A stretch of DNA of 32,000 nt from Rhodospirillaceae bacterium. Lineage in GTDB: Bacteria; Pseudomonadota; Alphaproteobacteria; Rhodospirillales; Rhodospirillaceae. The stretch is taken from assembly GCA_963668495.1 (NCBI GenBank), contig OY764545.1, positions 1,188,219-1,220,218 on the forward strand. Direction: 5' to 3'. Positions 11,645-20,058 of this stretch are shown here, piece after piece. Under the pieces are notes generated by a model that ran no database searches, was not told where the DNA came from, and worked only from the letters and a program-made list of their open reading frames with translations. How positions within the stretch are numbered: the stretch's first letter is position 1; every line of letters begins with the position of its first letter. A program made the position numbers and the translations under genes.

Positions 11645-12883
11645 TTAAACCATCCCCTGAACATCAGCTACTACATGCTTCCTGCATACTGCAAGTGCAT
11701 CAAAGATCACTTCGTCCAAATCCTTCAGAACATCACAATTGAGATCGTTTTCATTAACGCCAAAGTGATCAAGGAAAAATTTTGCCGACAGTTCTTCACT
11801 TTGCTTAACAGGGCCTATTAAGCGCTCCATTTCATCCAGGTATCGAACTGAAGGGGGCGCGTATGAAATAAAGACATTTTTACGTGCTGGAGGCTTCGAT
11901 GCTTGGGCTTGATGTATCACATCCTCACTTACATAAAGCATCATCCTATTCTCAACACCTGCCCTAAAGGTATTCCATACTATTTCTTCAACCTTAATGT
12001 CTTTAATGGTAAAAAAAGCAAGTGCATATGAGATCATTTCACAAGTAAGCAGTATATTGCCATCATTATTTCTACCTTCTTTCAAAGCAGACTTAATTGG
12101 CTTCTCCAGGCACTCTACAATGCAGTCAAGAACTTCATGAAAACTATAATGATAGCATCCGGGACTAACATCAATATCAGCTTCTTCTTCAACGGCTACT
12201 CGATCTAAATATCTAATAACCGTCTGAAACTGAGAGAACGTAAGCTTTGATTTCAGTTCATCAATTTTGCTATGGTCCGCTTCTGAATACGCAACAACCA
12301 TTTCAAGTGCTGCAGTCGCCGCATCAACTTTCCAGCTACTGATCTCATCTTCAAAGGCATCAAATACAGATGTAATCGCACCAACGTCACTGCCAAACAA
12401 CTCATCTAAAATTTCATTGGTGCGCTTAATGCAGTAAGACATAAGCTCGGACAGGAACAGTTGCTTATTAACATCGCCAAAATCTTTAAAACCAATCGCT
12501 TTATACAAATGGAACGATAATCCAAGCATAGAATTATCCTGCTCCATTATTCCAAAATAAGACGAAACATTTTCTGAGTACAATCCTGAAAAATCACTGA
12601 TACTTTCTTCAATATCATTGAAATAATATTGCCTAGACTTAGCAAGAAAACTATCAATTATTTTTTTAGATGCGTCATAATCTGACCGTTTATTTACCTC
12701 ATGAATCACAAGAACTGCGTATACACAAACAAACTCCGATCGGAGCCTAATAACTTCTTTCTTTCTGCCGAGGAATTTTGGCAATGGGTATTCTAAGATT
12801 CCAGCTGCTCTTTGGATGTGTTCGTTAACCGTGATGGCATTAACCATCATCGCCAAGTCATCTCCAGCATCCTCAAAATCCAT
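11645..12883 (-). CDS. hypothetical protein, 412 aa, acidic and predicted helical, no recognisable motif
   Basis: Track ORF 11645..12895. The track start is TTG. ATG at 12883 is preceded by GGAGGAGGTA. The region is strongly AT-rich. It lies on the same strand as the integrase, 124 nt downstream of it. Confidence 0.7.
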   Translation of the reverse strand: MDFEDAGDDLAMMVNAITVNEHIQRAAGILEYPLPKFLGRKKEVIRLRSEFVCVYAVLVIHEVNKRSDYDASKKIIDSFLAKSRQYYFNDIEESISDFSGLYSENVSSYFGIMEQDNSMLGLSFHLYKAIGFKDFGDVNKQLFLSELMSYCIKRTNEILDELFGSDVGAITSVFDAFEDEISSWKVDAATAALEMVVAYSEADHSKIDELKSKLTFSQFQTVIRYLDRVAVEEEADIDVSPGCYHYSFHEVLDCIVECLEKPIKSALKEGRNNDGNILLTCEMISYALAFFTIKDIKVEEIVWNTFRAGVENRMMLYVSEDVIHQAQASKPPARKNVFISYAPPSVRYLDEMERLIGPVKQSEELSAKFFLDHFGVNENDLNCDVLKDLDEVIFDALAVCRKHVVADVQGMV

Positions 12884-13007
12884 TACCTCCTCCAATAAAT
12901 TTACAAGCCACTCAGCCAGGCAAGAAAATTTTATGTGAACTCAAAAAAACGAGTAGTAGATTAACACCAATGCCAAGCACTATGAAAGGACTTCTACAAC
13001 CGTCCCG

Positions 13008-14657
13008 CTACTTCGGGAGCAGATGCGACAAATCCAGATCACGGTAACGGATGCGGTTCATTGCCTCTGATCTTTTCTGAAGCATGTATCCGCGACCATA
13101 GCGACGAGATTGACCATCCTCACCATGCCCCTGAATGGCATCCATAGTTTCCTTAGGAACATCACTGTCACGGCAGGCATCCTCAAAGGAGTGCCGGAAG
13201 CTGTGGAAGGCGTTCTTACTCCGTTTGACACCGACAGACTTCAGGAAACGGCTGAAGTGCTTTGAAAACGGCGATGAGTAATATCCATCCTCACCCATAG
13301 GCAGGTCTGGAAATACACGTTGCTCATTGCTCTGACGCTGCCTTTCCACATAATCCAGAAGCCCCAAGTCAATAAGCATAGGGTGCACGGGGATATCTCG
13401 ACGTGAGTTTGAATTCTTGAGGCGCTTGTCCTCACCATCCTTATTCACACTAAAATAGAGAATGCCATCCTCTTCACGGACATCAGCAGTATACAGCTGG
13501 ATAATCTCCCCAAGGCGCATTCCTGTAAACAAACTAATCAGCGGAACCCAATACAAGCCCGTGTCACGCAGGATAAGTGACCCTTGTTGCTGCCATTGAC
13601 GACGAGATTTGCAGCCAGTGAAGATTGGTGCCTTAAAGATTGTCCCCAGCTCCTCTGTCGAGAACGGGTCCCTTTCATCTCGCACATCCTTCGTTGTCTT
13701 GATCTTGAGGCCTTTAAAGGGATTCGCTAGGGCATCGTCAAAGTTCTCTTTGGCCCAGTGCCAGAAGGAGCTAACAAAGCCGATGAGTTTGTTGACGTTA
13801 CTGTCCGACATTGGTGGCAAACCGTCTTCTGCAGCCTTATCAGCCGCTTTATCAATAGGCAGCTCTTTCAGGACATCATACTTGTTCCAGTTGGCAGGCA
13901 GCTTCAACAATAGAAGCTTAAATACACGACCATCTGCCTTGGTGTACTTATTAATAGGCTTGTAACCAACGAGAGAAACAAAGTGCCCCATCCACACCCT
14001 GTGTTCTCGCTCGGTTTTAGCCACCCAACGAGTTCTTGCTTTCTCGGAAGCCCAATCTTCAACAGCAGCAGACAGCAAAGGGAAGGTAGGGCTGATACCT
14101 GTCACCTCTGTCTTAGGCGTCTCCACAACCTCGCCTTCATTTCGTAAGGCAATGTCCTTCCTTGCCTTAATGCTGGCAGCCTGTAGCGCTCGAGCAAGCT
14201 TCTTCCTGCTAGGGGATGATGGTGAGAGTCTGAGGTTAATATTTTCCCAACTCAGAACCTCATCGACCTCACCTAGATAGAACTCGTCAACCTTTCCACG
14301 GGCATAGTGATTCTTATCAACACTGCCTGTGTCCTCAATCAGTTCTGCATATTCTTCAAACGAGAGCGTAGGGAGGTCAGGTCTAGGCTCATCTTCATCA
14401 TAGAAGCCAGACAGTCGCAGTTCTTCATCCTCTTCCAAGCGATGAGCGTAGTAAATATCACTGATCTTAGTGATCTGAGCGTCAGATAGCTCTTTTAATG
14501 GAGGTTTGCTCTGTAACAGAAGCTGCTGGCGGAGGGCCTCAAACTTGCGATCCACTTCCACAGCCTTGATTCGCACAAGCCTAAGCGCTTCTGCGTGATC
14601 AGACGTGCCGAGAGAGAAGGTTTCCTCAGCCTTTGGGTAAGTATCTTTGATATCCAC
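13008..14657 (-). CDS. tyrosine site-specific recombinase/integrase (start uncertain; reading frame stays open up to 14711)
   Basis: 549 aa from GTG at 14657. Catalytic signature: R (FTGMRLGEIIQL), H-x-x-R (HSFRHSFEDA), H...Y (IQGHGEDGQSRRYGRGY). The 18 codons upstream of the GTG (DTRLYRRGARYYHRAAIP, 14658-14711) carry the conserved N-terminal YY-x-R motif. They have no in-frame ATG/GTG/TTG before the TAG at 14712-14714. Confidence 0.85.
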   Translation of the reverse strand: MDIKDTYPKAEETFSLGTSDHAEALRLVRIKAVEVDRKFEALRQQLLLQSKPPLKELSDAQITKISDIYYAHRLEEDEELRLSGFYDEDEPRPDLPTLSFEEYAELIEDTGSVDKNHYARGKVDEFYLGEVDEVLSWENINLRLSPSSPSRKKLARALQAASIKARKDIALRNEGEVVETPKTEVTGISPTFPLLSAAVEDWASEKARTRWVAKTEREHRVWMGHFVSLVGYKPINKYTKADGRVFKLLLLKLPANWNKYDVLKELPIDKAADKAAEDGLPPMSDSNVNKLIGFVSSFWHWAKENFDDALANPFKGLKIKTTKDVRDERDPFSTEELGTIFKAPIFTGCKSRRQWQQQGSLILRDTGLYWVPLISLFTGMRLGEIIQLYTADVREEDGILYFSVNKDGEDKRLKNSNSRRDIPVHPMLIDLGLLDYVERQRQSNEQRVFPDLPMGEDGYYSSPFSKHFSRFLKSVGVKRSKNAFHSFRHSFEDACRDSDVPKETMDAIQGHGEDGQSRRYGRGYMLQKRSEAMNRIRYRDLDLSHLLPK

Positions 14658-14817
14658 GGGGATCGCAGCGCGGTGATAGTAACGAGCGCCACGACGATAG
14701 AGTCGTGTGTCCTAGCATCTTTTCCATGGCTCCAATGTAACAGTCCAATGGAACAACAGGAACAAGAAAGCTTTTTAAAACATCAAGTTATTGGAATTAT
14801 TGACCTTTGAAATGCAT

Positions 14818-14832
14818 TGGCGGAGAGAGAGG
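14818..14832 (-). other. 15-nt tRNA 3'-end-like sequence (TGGCGGAGAGAGAGG = reverse complement of ...CCTCTCTCTCCGCCA); possible att core next to the integrase
   Basis: Read directly. It is the reverse complement of an acceptor-stem 3' strand plus discriminator plus CCA, of the type I remember for tRNA-Ser. Similarity to a tRNA stops after 15 nt. It lies 107 nt from the 5' end of the 13008-14711 integrase frame, in the tRNA-then-int orientation. Confidence 0.3.
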
Positions 14833-15008
14833 CAGACCAATTCACGTTTGTGAGAGTTCGTCAGCGCGCAAGGCGTTAAAAATAACTAATATAAAACAAT
14901 GCTTTAGTATTTGTATGCGGTTGTAGGTGTTTGTAGAAAGATGCTTGCAATCTTGTTTTGATGATGGGACAGTTGTGGGGACAGATCAATCCCGAAAGTG
15001 AGTGTCTC

Positions 15009-16214
15009 ATGGCGAAACGTGTCAAACAGCTGACCGTCACCGAAGTCAAAAACTTCAAAACATCCGGCATGCATGCGGACGGAAATGGCCTTTATCTCAA
15101 GGTCAAAAATGCTGGCGCTAAATACTGGATTCTCCGTTATACGTTCGGCAGTAAACGCTTTGATATGGGGCTGGGGCGCTTTCCTGATGTTACCTTACAG
15201 GAGGCGCGTAGCGCAGCTGCGGAACAACGCAAGCTCATTCGCGACGGCATCAATCCCATCCGCTTACGGGAAGAGGAAAAAGAGCAGCAAAGAAAAGAGG
15301 AGCTGCGCCACACCACATTTCAGGAATGCGCCATTCAATATATCGAGGCTCACCGCCCAACCTGGAAGAACGCTAAACATGCCGCACAGTGGCGCAGTAC
15401 GCTGGAGGCACACGCCTTCCCAAATTTTGGCGACAAGCCAGTTGGAGACGTAAATAAAGACGACATCGTCAAAGCCCTGAAGCCGATTTGGCAAAGTCGA
15501 ACGGAAACCGCGACCCGTGTCCGTAGCCGTGTGGAACGTATTCTCGACTGGGCAACCGCCCATGATCTACGAGAAGGGGATAATCCGGCACGCGGCAAGG
15601 GCTTTATCTACACACTACTGGGCGACCCGACAAAGCTTAAAAAAGGCGGACACCATAGTGCTCTGGAGTACAAGCAGCTAGCGGATTTTATGGCCTGGTT
15701 GCAGCGTAAGGATACCATTGCTGCACGGGCGCTTGAGTTCACGATTTTGACAGCTGCACGTAGTGGGGAAGTGCTTGGTGCTCATTGGGATGAAGTGAAT
15801 TTTGAAGAGCAAACTTGGACAATCCCGCCGCTGCGCACCAAAACCAATCGCGAGCACGTTGTGCCGCTCACGGGACGGGCGCTGGAAATACTGGAAACCA
15901 TGCAAAAGCATCAGTTTGACAGTTGCATTTTCCCTGGTCGCAAACTGGATAAAGGGATGTCCAACATGACCATGTTCAACATCCTCAAGCGCGGTGATGC
16001 TAAGGAACTATGGGGCGACATCACCGTTCACGGTTTTAGGTCCACATTCAAGGACTGGGCTGCCGACTGCACCGACTACCCCAACGAGCTCAGCGAAATG
16101 GCACTAGGCCACGCCATCGGCAACAAGGTCGAAGCGGCCTACCGCCGTAAAACCATGCTGGAAAAACGCCGCGATATGATGAAATCCTGGGCAAACTTTT
16201 GCGCGGCCATTTGA
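15009..16214 (+). CDS. P4-family tyrosine integrase
   Basis: Track ORF 14958..16214. I prefer ATG at 15009 (MAKRVKQLTVTEVKNFK...). The N-terminal arm-binding pattern is LT...V.N.K..G...DG.GLYLKV...G.KYW..RY.F..KR....LG..P.V.L.EAR. The catalytic residues are R (TAARSGEVLGA), HxxR (HGFRSTFKDWA) and H..Y (LGHAIGNKVEAAYRR). Confidence 0.9.
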   Translation: MAKRVKQLTVTEVKNFKTSGMHADGNGLYLKVKNAGAKYWILRYTFGSKRFDMGLGRFPDVTLQEARSAAAEQRKLIRDGINPIRLREEEKEQQRKEELRHTTFQECAIQYIEAHRPTWKNAKHAAQWRSTLEAHAFPNFGDKPVGDVNKDDIVKALKPIWQSRTETATRVRSRVERILDWATAHDLREGDNPARGKGFIYTLLGDPTKLKKGGHHSALEYKQLADFMAWLQRKDTIAARALEFTILTAARSGEVLGAHWDEVNFEEQTWTIPPLRTKTNREHVVPLTGRALEILETMQKHQFDSCIFPGRKLDKGMSNMTMFNILKRGDAKELWGDITVHGFRSTFKDWAADCTDYPNELSEMALGHAIGNKVEAAYRRKTMLEKRRDMMKSWANFCAAI

Positions 16215-17510
16215 TTAAAAATACCGTTCACAGAAACACAAACAACCATCCGTACCGGCCAGATCATCGCAAAAGTCGACCCTGAGGACTAGCTGGTTTT
16301 TCATGTGCTCATCTACTTGATGAAATTCTATTTCATATCCATTCTCAACCATATTAATTACGGCTGGGTTTGGATGACCGTATGTATTTGGTCCACTTGC
16401 TGCGTACGCAATATTCAAGGCGTGCATTTTATCTAGTACACGAGATGAAAAGTTATCTTTTGCGCCGTGATGAGGCAACATAATGACAGACGTCACAGGT
16501 AAGAATTGTTCATAATATTTCAGAAAGCAACTACGCCTTCTCTTTGCGCCAAGATGCGCATCACCAGTAAGCATCCAACCCGTCATTTCATCCATATAGG
16601 TATGAAACAAGAATCTCCGTCTCCACGGAAATTTGTCATATATTCTTCTGCAAGAGGAGCCCAAATAACACATCGAATGTACCATTTGATCTAAATAACT
16701 ACCCACATGAGATGGATGCGGTCCGATATAAAGCGTCATAGAAACTAAATTATGATTTTTCCATATTGCATCATAACAATTACGCAGTTTTTTTCGACCA
16801 TCTTCGCTGCGAAGACTTTGAATTATTTCATTTTTATCGAGCGGTGACCCAAACTCTTTAGCCAAAGCTCGCTTAAAAGCATCCATGCGCTTCACGGTAG
16901 GTTGATGCACATATGGGATCAATAACCAGTCGACACCCCTGCTAACAGTAACACCTAATACAGAATCATTTGATTGAATCCTGGATTTGTCTTCGGCATT
17001 TACGTTTCCCTCACTAGAATGCCAGGCACTTCTCAATATTTTATCACCTCCTCCATCCGGAGGTATCGATGGAGTGGGCACTCCCTCTCCATCATCATCA
17101 TTACCCTTTCTGAAAGTCACCGTTTCAATCCCACGCTCTTTAAACCAAGCAACTGGATCCGTAGCAACATCAAGAAATATGCCTTTTAACTGAGCTTCTG
17201 TGTCATCTCTAGCAACAGCAGCAATCAACATCTCATCAGAAAAATATGGAAGTACGACCTCTTTTACTTTTACTCGAGACAGTAGCTCATCAAGACCAGA
17301 GACATGATCGCTATCAAGGTGAGAAATAAATAAATAATCTATATCACCTCCCCTAGAGATAGAATTGACTTCCCGTGTTAAGGCATCGCTTTGATTAGAA
17401 CCACAGTCATAGACCCACCGAAAGCCAACCCCATCCGCACTAATCGTGCCACTGAATAAACCGCCCTGCCCAACGGCATGCTGTATCAACTCCACATTAA
17501 TCACATTCAT
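16215..17510 (-). CDS. metallo-beta-lactamase-fold hydrolase (ComEC C-terminal-like), putative effector
   Basis: 431 aa. N-terminal H.VGQGG..........W.YDCG...... then DYLFISHLDSDHVSGL (the H-x-[DH]-x-D-H metal motif) and later MLPHHGAKDN. This is the pattern of ComEC-type MBL nucleases/hydrolases. Its ATG overlaps the upstream stop (ATGA at 17507-17510). Confidence 0.8.
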   Translation of the reverse strand: MNVINVELIQHAVGQGGLFSGTISADGVGFRWVYDCGSNQSDALTREVNSISRGGDIDYLFISHLDSDHVSGLDELLSRVKVKEVVLPYFSDEMLIAAVARDDTEAQLKGIFLDVATDPVAWFKERGIETVTFRKGNDDDGEGVPTPSIPPDGGGDKILRSAWHSSEGNVNAEDKSRIQSNDSVLGVTVSRGVDWLLIPYVHQPTVKRMDAFKRALAKEFGSPLDKNEIIQSLRSEDGRKKLRNCYDAIWKNHNLVSMTLYIGPHPSHVGSYLDQMVHSMCYLGSSCRRIYDKFPWRRRFLFHTYMDEMTGWMLTGDAHLGAKRRRSCFLKYYEQFLPVTSVIMLPHHGAKDNFSSRVLDKMHALNIAYAASGPNTYGHPNPAVINMVENGYEIEFHQVDEHMKNQLVLRVDFCDDLAGTDGCLCFCERYF

Positions 17511-18382
17511 TCAGCAAGCCCTTCATCTCCAAAGAAATCAGCACGAGCGCGATCCGTAGCTTCCTTACCCATCATACTGATATTTATGCGCTGATTATCA
17601 TGTATGCTGAGGCTGTTATCCAAAATCAGACCTGCTATATCGGTTAGAAAATAACGGGCGTGCATATCATTATCGTACTGCACCAAGTGTACCGAGAGAT
17701 GATCTGCCAATGGCCCTAATGTAAACATCTGCTTCATATTTCCCATAAAGCGTTGTTCATCCCCCATGCTGTATGGTGAACGGCCGCGTCCAGCAGATGT
17801 ACAAATCCTCAGCTCAATCTGGTCAGCATCTAAGCGGCGGTATAGAACCCTAAAGATCTCATCAAACAAGTCTCTGCACTGTTGTTGATACGGATCAAAG
17901 TAAGGATCTACGATATGAATTTGTTTTGCCATGGTGAGCAAAGGATGCAAGGCAGCCATCAAGTTAGGCAATGTTTTGATCATTACGTTCGGCATACTGA
18001 CTTTGATTAGCTCATGCCCATCATCAAGTTCTACGGAGCTAACAAAACCATCCCCATCTGCATCCGATAGGATTGCCTGAAACTTATGATCATCATGTGC
18101 TAAAGTTACATTGAACTGCCATGATTGGTTATGATCGTAGTCATAACTTCTATGAAAATCCTGCAAGCAGGCTTTCTGCTCAGCCATCTGCTTAAGCTTC
18201 TCTACCACACGAGCCTTATTCATCTGGCTTGCACTATCCGCAGCCTTTATGACTTTACGCTGCCATTTTTGAGGAAAAGCAGATATTCGACGCGGATTGC
18301 CAAAATCGAATAATGCGCTGATTAACTTAAGATTATTAAAGTCGGCTGCAAACTCAGGATCAACGGCATACTCTAATAACAT
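17507..18382 (-). CDS. hypothetical protein, 291 aa, middle gene of the ATPase/MBL operon
   Basis: Good RBS (GGAGGA 11 nt upstream). The start overlaps the ATPase stop (TAATG at 18380-18384). No family recognised. The C-terminal half (IHIVDPYF....ELRICT....HARYFLTDIAGLILDNSLS) reminds me of HxK-less PLD-like / MIT_C-like folds, but this is unverified. Confidence 0.7.
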   Translation of the reverse strand: MLLEYAVDPEFAADFNNLKLISALFDFGNPRRISAFPQKWQRKVIKAADSASQMNKARVVEKLKQMAEQKACLQDFHRSYDYDHNQSWQFNVTLAHDDHKFQAILSDADGDGFVSSVELDDGHELIKVSMPNVMIKTLPNLMAALHPLLTMAKQIHIVDPYFDPYQQQCRDLFDEIFRVLYRRLDADQIELRICTSAGRGRSPYSMGDEQRFMGNMKQMFTLGPLADHLSVHLVQYDNDMHARYFLTDIAGLILDNSLSIHDNQRINISMMGKEATDRARADFFGDEGLAE

Positions 18383-19812
18383 TAGAATAATTCCTCCGCA
18401 CGTTCATCGAAGAAGCCCGTTGGCCAACGTTTAGTGAATTCACCTGTTTCATCAATGCCTATATTGGTGACTTTCATCTCATCATTCTGACTTTCAAAGA
18501 ACAGGATGGATACATCACCGTGATTGAGTTCAGGGGCATGGTCAGAAACTTCACCTTCATAAGCCTCTCTGATGCGGCGAAGAAGTCGAAGGATTAAATG
18601 CTCACTATGCGTTTCAATGAGGAACAAGCAATCACGCTGGATTTGTGATGCAAAGAGATCTCCCAATCCAACTTGAACCTGCGGGTGGACATGCAGTTCA
18701 GGCTGCTCCACTGCCATAATGCGGGTGGATCGTGATAACGCACAAGCAACCACAGGAATAAGCTGAGACAAGCCGACACCGACATCTTGCAACGTGAATT
18801 CTCGATCTGTCCCAGGGTTTACGAGCCGCACCCGAGGCTGGCGAGCCATCAAGGACCGATCACTATTCAGAATACCTTTTACATTGCTGGAACGCGTATC
18901 ATAGAGGTTCAATCCATATCCAGCATTTAGGCGATATGACGGATACAGCCAACCTGACACTAAGCCCCCCAGGTCACTTTCCGTAGAGTGTAATAGCCGA
19001 TCCCATGCTCCTAAACCATTATACCAGCGGCTTTCAGGCATGGAGGAAAGCCCTTCAAAATTACGAGGGATCATTTCTCGGATGGGCCCGATATGCCGGA
19101 ATTTTTTTAGATAATCACAGAAAACTTCTCCTACGCTTACAAGAACTTGAGAAGCAACGTGATCGCCATATTCTAGATACTCATCCCCTGTGTCCTGGGC
19201 ATATTCCAGCTTGTGCCCCCACTTGGGCAGGACCGTGCGCAAATTTGAGATTTGAATTGGTATCCATGGAGAAAATGATTCCTCAACATCATCACCAAAA
19301 ACACGCTTCAAAACAGGGTGCGTAATATCATAATCAAAGAAAGTGTTCTGCTTGGGACCATTGGGCTGGCTAAGCTCAGACGCAAATTGACCATTTATAT
19401 CGACACGATAACGAATTGGCATCGGGCAATTATCAAGGTCACTCCAGCCCATAGTGACAATCACCTTAGCTGTATCAACATACTCGCTAATATCAATGTT
19501 CTCAGGGGCTCCATAGGTACGGAGATCCACGTCACTCATGTCCAATTCGAAGGCAAGTACGACTTGTCGATCAAGGTCACGGTTATGGACAAAGTTGCGG
19601 AAGCCGCCGAGGTTAATGCCGTCACCACCTTTTTCGGTAATATCCGGATCAAAGTTGCCATTCACCAAGATCTCATAGGCTAAATGCAGAGCATGGATGA
19701 TTGTGCTTTTGCCTGTGCTATTTGCACCAAACAGCAATGTGATCGGGCGGATTGGAATGCGGATTGTATCGCCAATCCCTTTGAAGTTTGTAATCTCAAT
19801 TGCTGTTAACAT
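18382..19812 (-). CDS. ABC-type AAA_15/AAA_21-family ATPase (PtuA/OLD-ATPase-like, no TOPRIM), probably with a DUF3696-like C-terminus
   Basis: 476 aa. N-terminal I.NFKGI......I.P.TLLFGANSTGKSTIIHAL (Walker A). Distal signature/Walker B block MAVEQPELHVHPQVQ and LFLIETHSEHLILRLLRRI. C-terminal WPTGFFDE. Confidence 0.85.
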   Translation of the reverse strand: MLTAIEITNFKGIGDTIRIPIRPITLLFGANSTGKSTIIHALHLAYEILVNGNFDPDITEKGGDGINLGGFRNFVHNRDLDRQVVLAFELDMSDVDLRTYGAPENIDISEYVDTAKVIVTMGWSDLDNCPMPIRYRVDINGQFASELSQPNGPKQNTFFDYDITHPVLKRVFGDDVEESFSPWIPIQISNLRTVLPKWGHKLEYAQDTGDEYLEYGDHVASQVLVSVGEVFCDYLKKFRHIGPIREMIPRNFEGLSSMPESRWYNGLGAWDRLLHSTESDLGGLVSGWLYPSYRLNAGYGLNLYDTRSSNVKGILNSDRSLMARQPRVRLVNPGTDREFTLQDVGVGLSQLIPVVACALSRSTRIMAVEQPELHVHPQVQVGLGDLFASQIQRDCLFLIETHSEHLILRLLRRIREAYEGEVSDHAPELNHGDVSILFFESQNDEMKVTNIGIDETGEFTKRWPTGFFDERAEELF

Positions 19813-20058
19813 AATCTATTACCCAACGAATTGTTCTAGGTCGCCATATGTTGATGGCTACAAGTGTGCCTAACTATATGCATTGTCATACTGCCACCTG
19901 AACTGATGGGCAGCAGGAACGGCAGCTAGTCCTACCTTCAGCATCAATAAACTTTAAGAACGCTACTCTTGAGGGAGAATGTAGCGCGACATATAAGGGT
20001 GCGCTTGATACCATACATTGCAATTAACATAACCGCCAGTTCGCGCACCAGGAGGGAC

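Noticed and set aside
14876-15070. 64-aa minus ORF, and the MMMGQLWG... upstream extension of the P4-type integrase (start 14958), considered as an excisionase or alternative start
   Set aside because: There is no HTH/AlpA-like pattern. The integrase family N-terminus begins at MAKRVKQLT (15009). The extension has no homology-like features.
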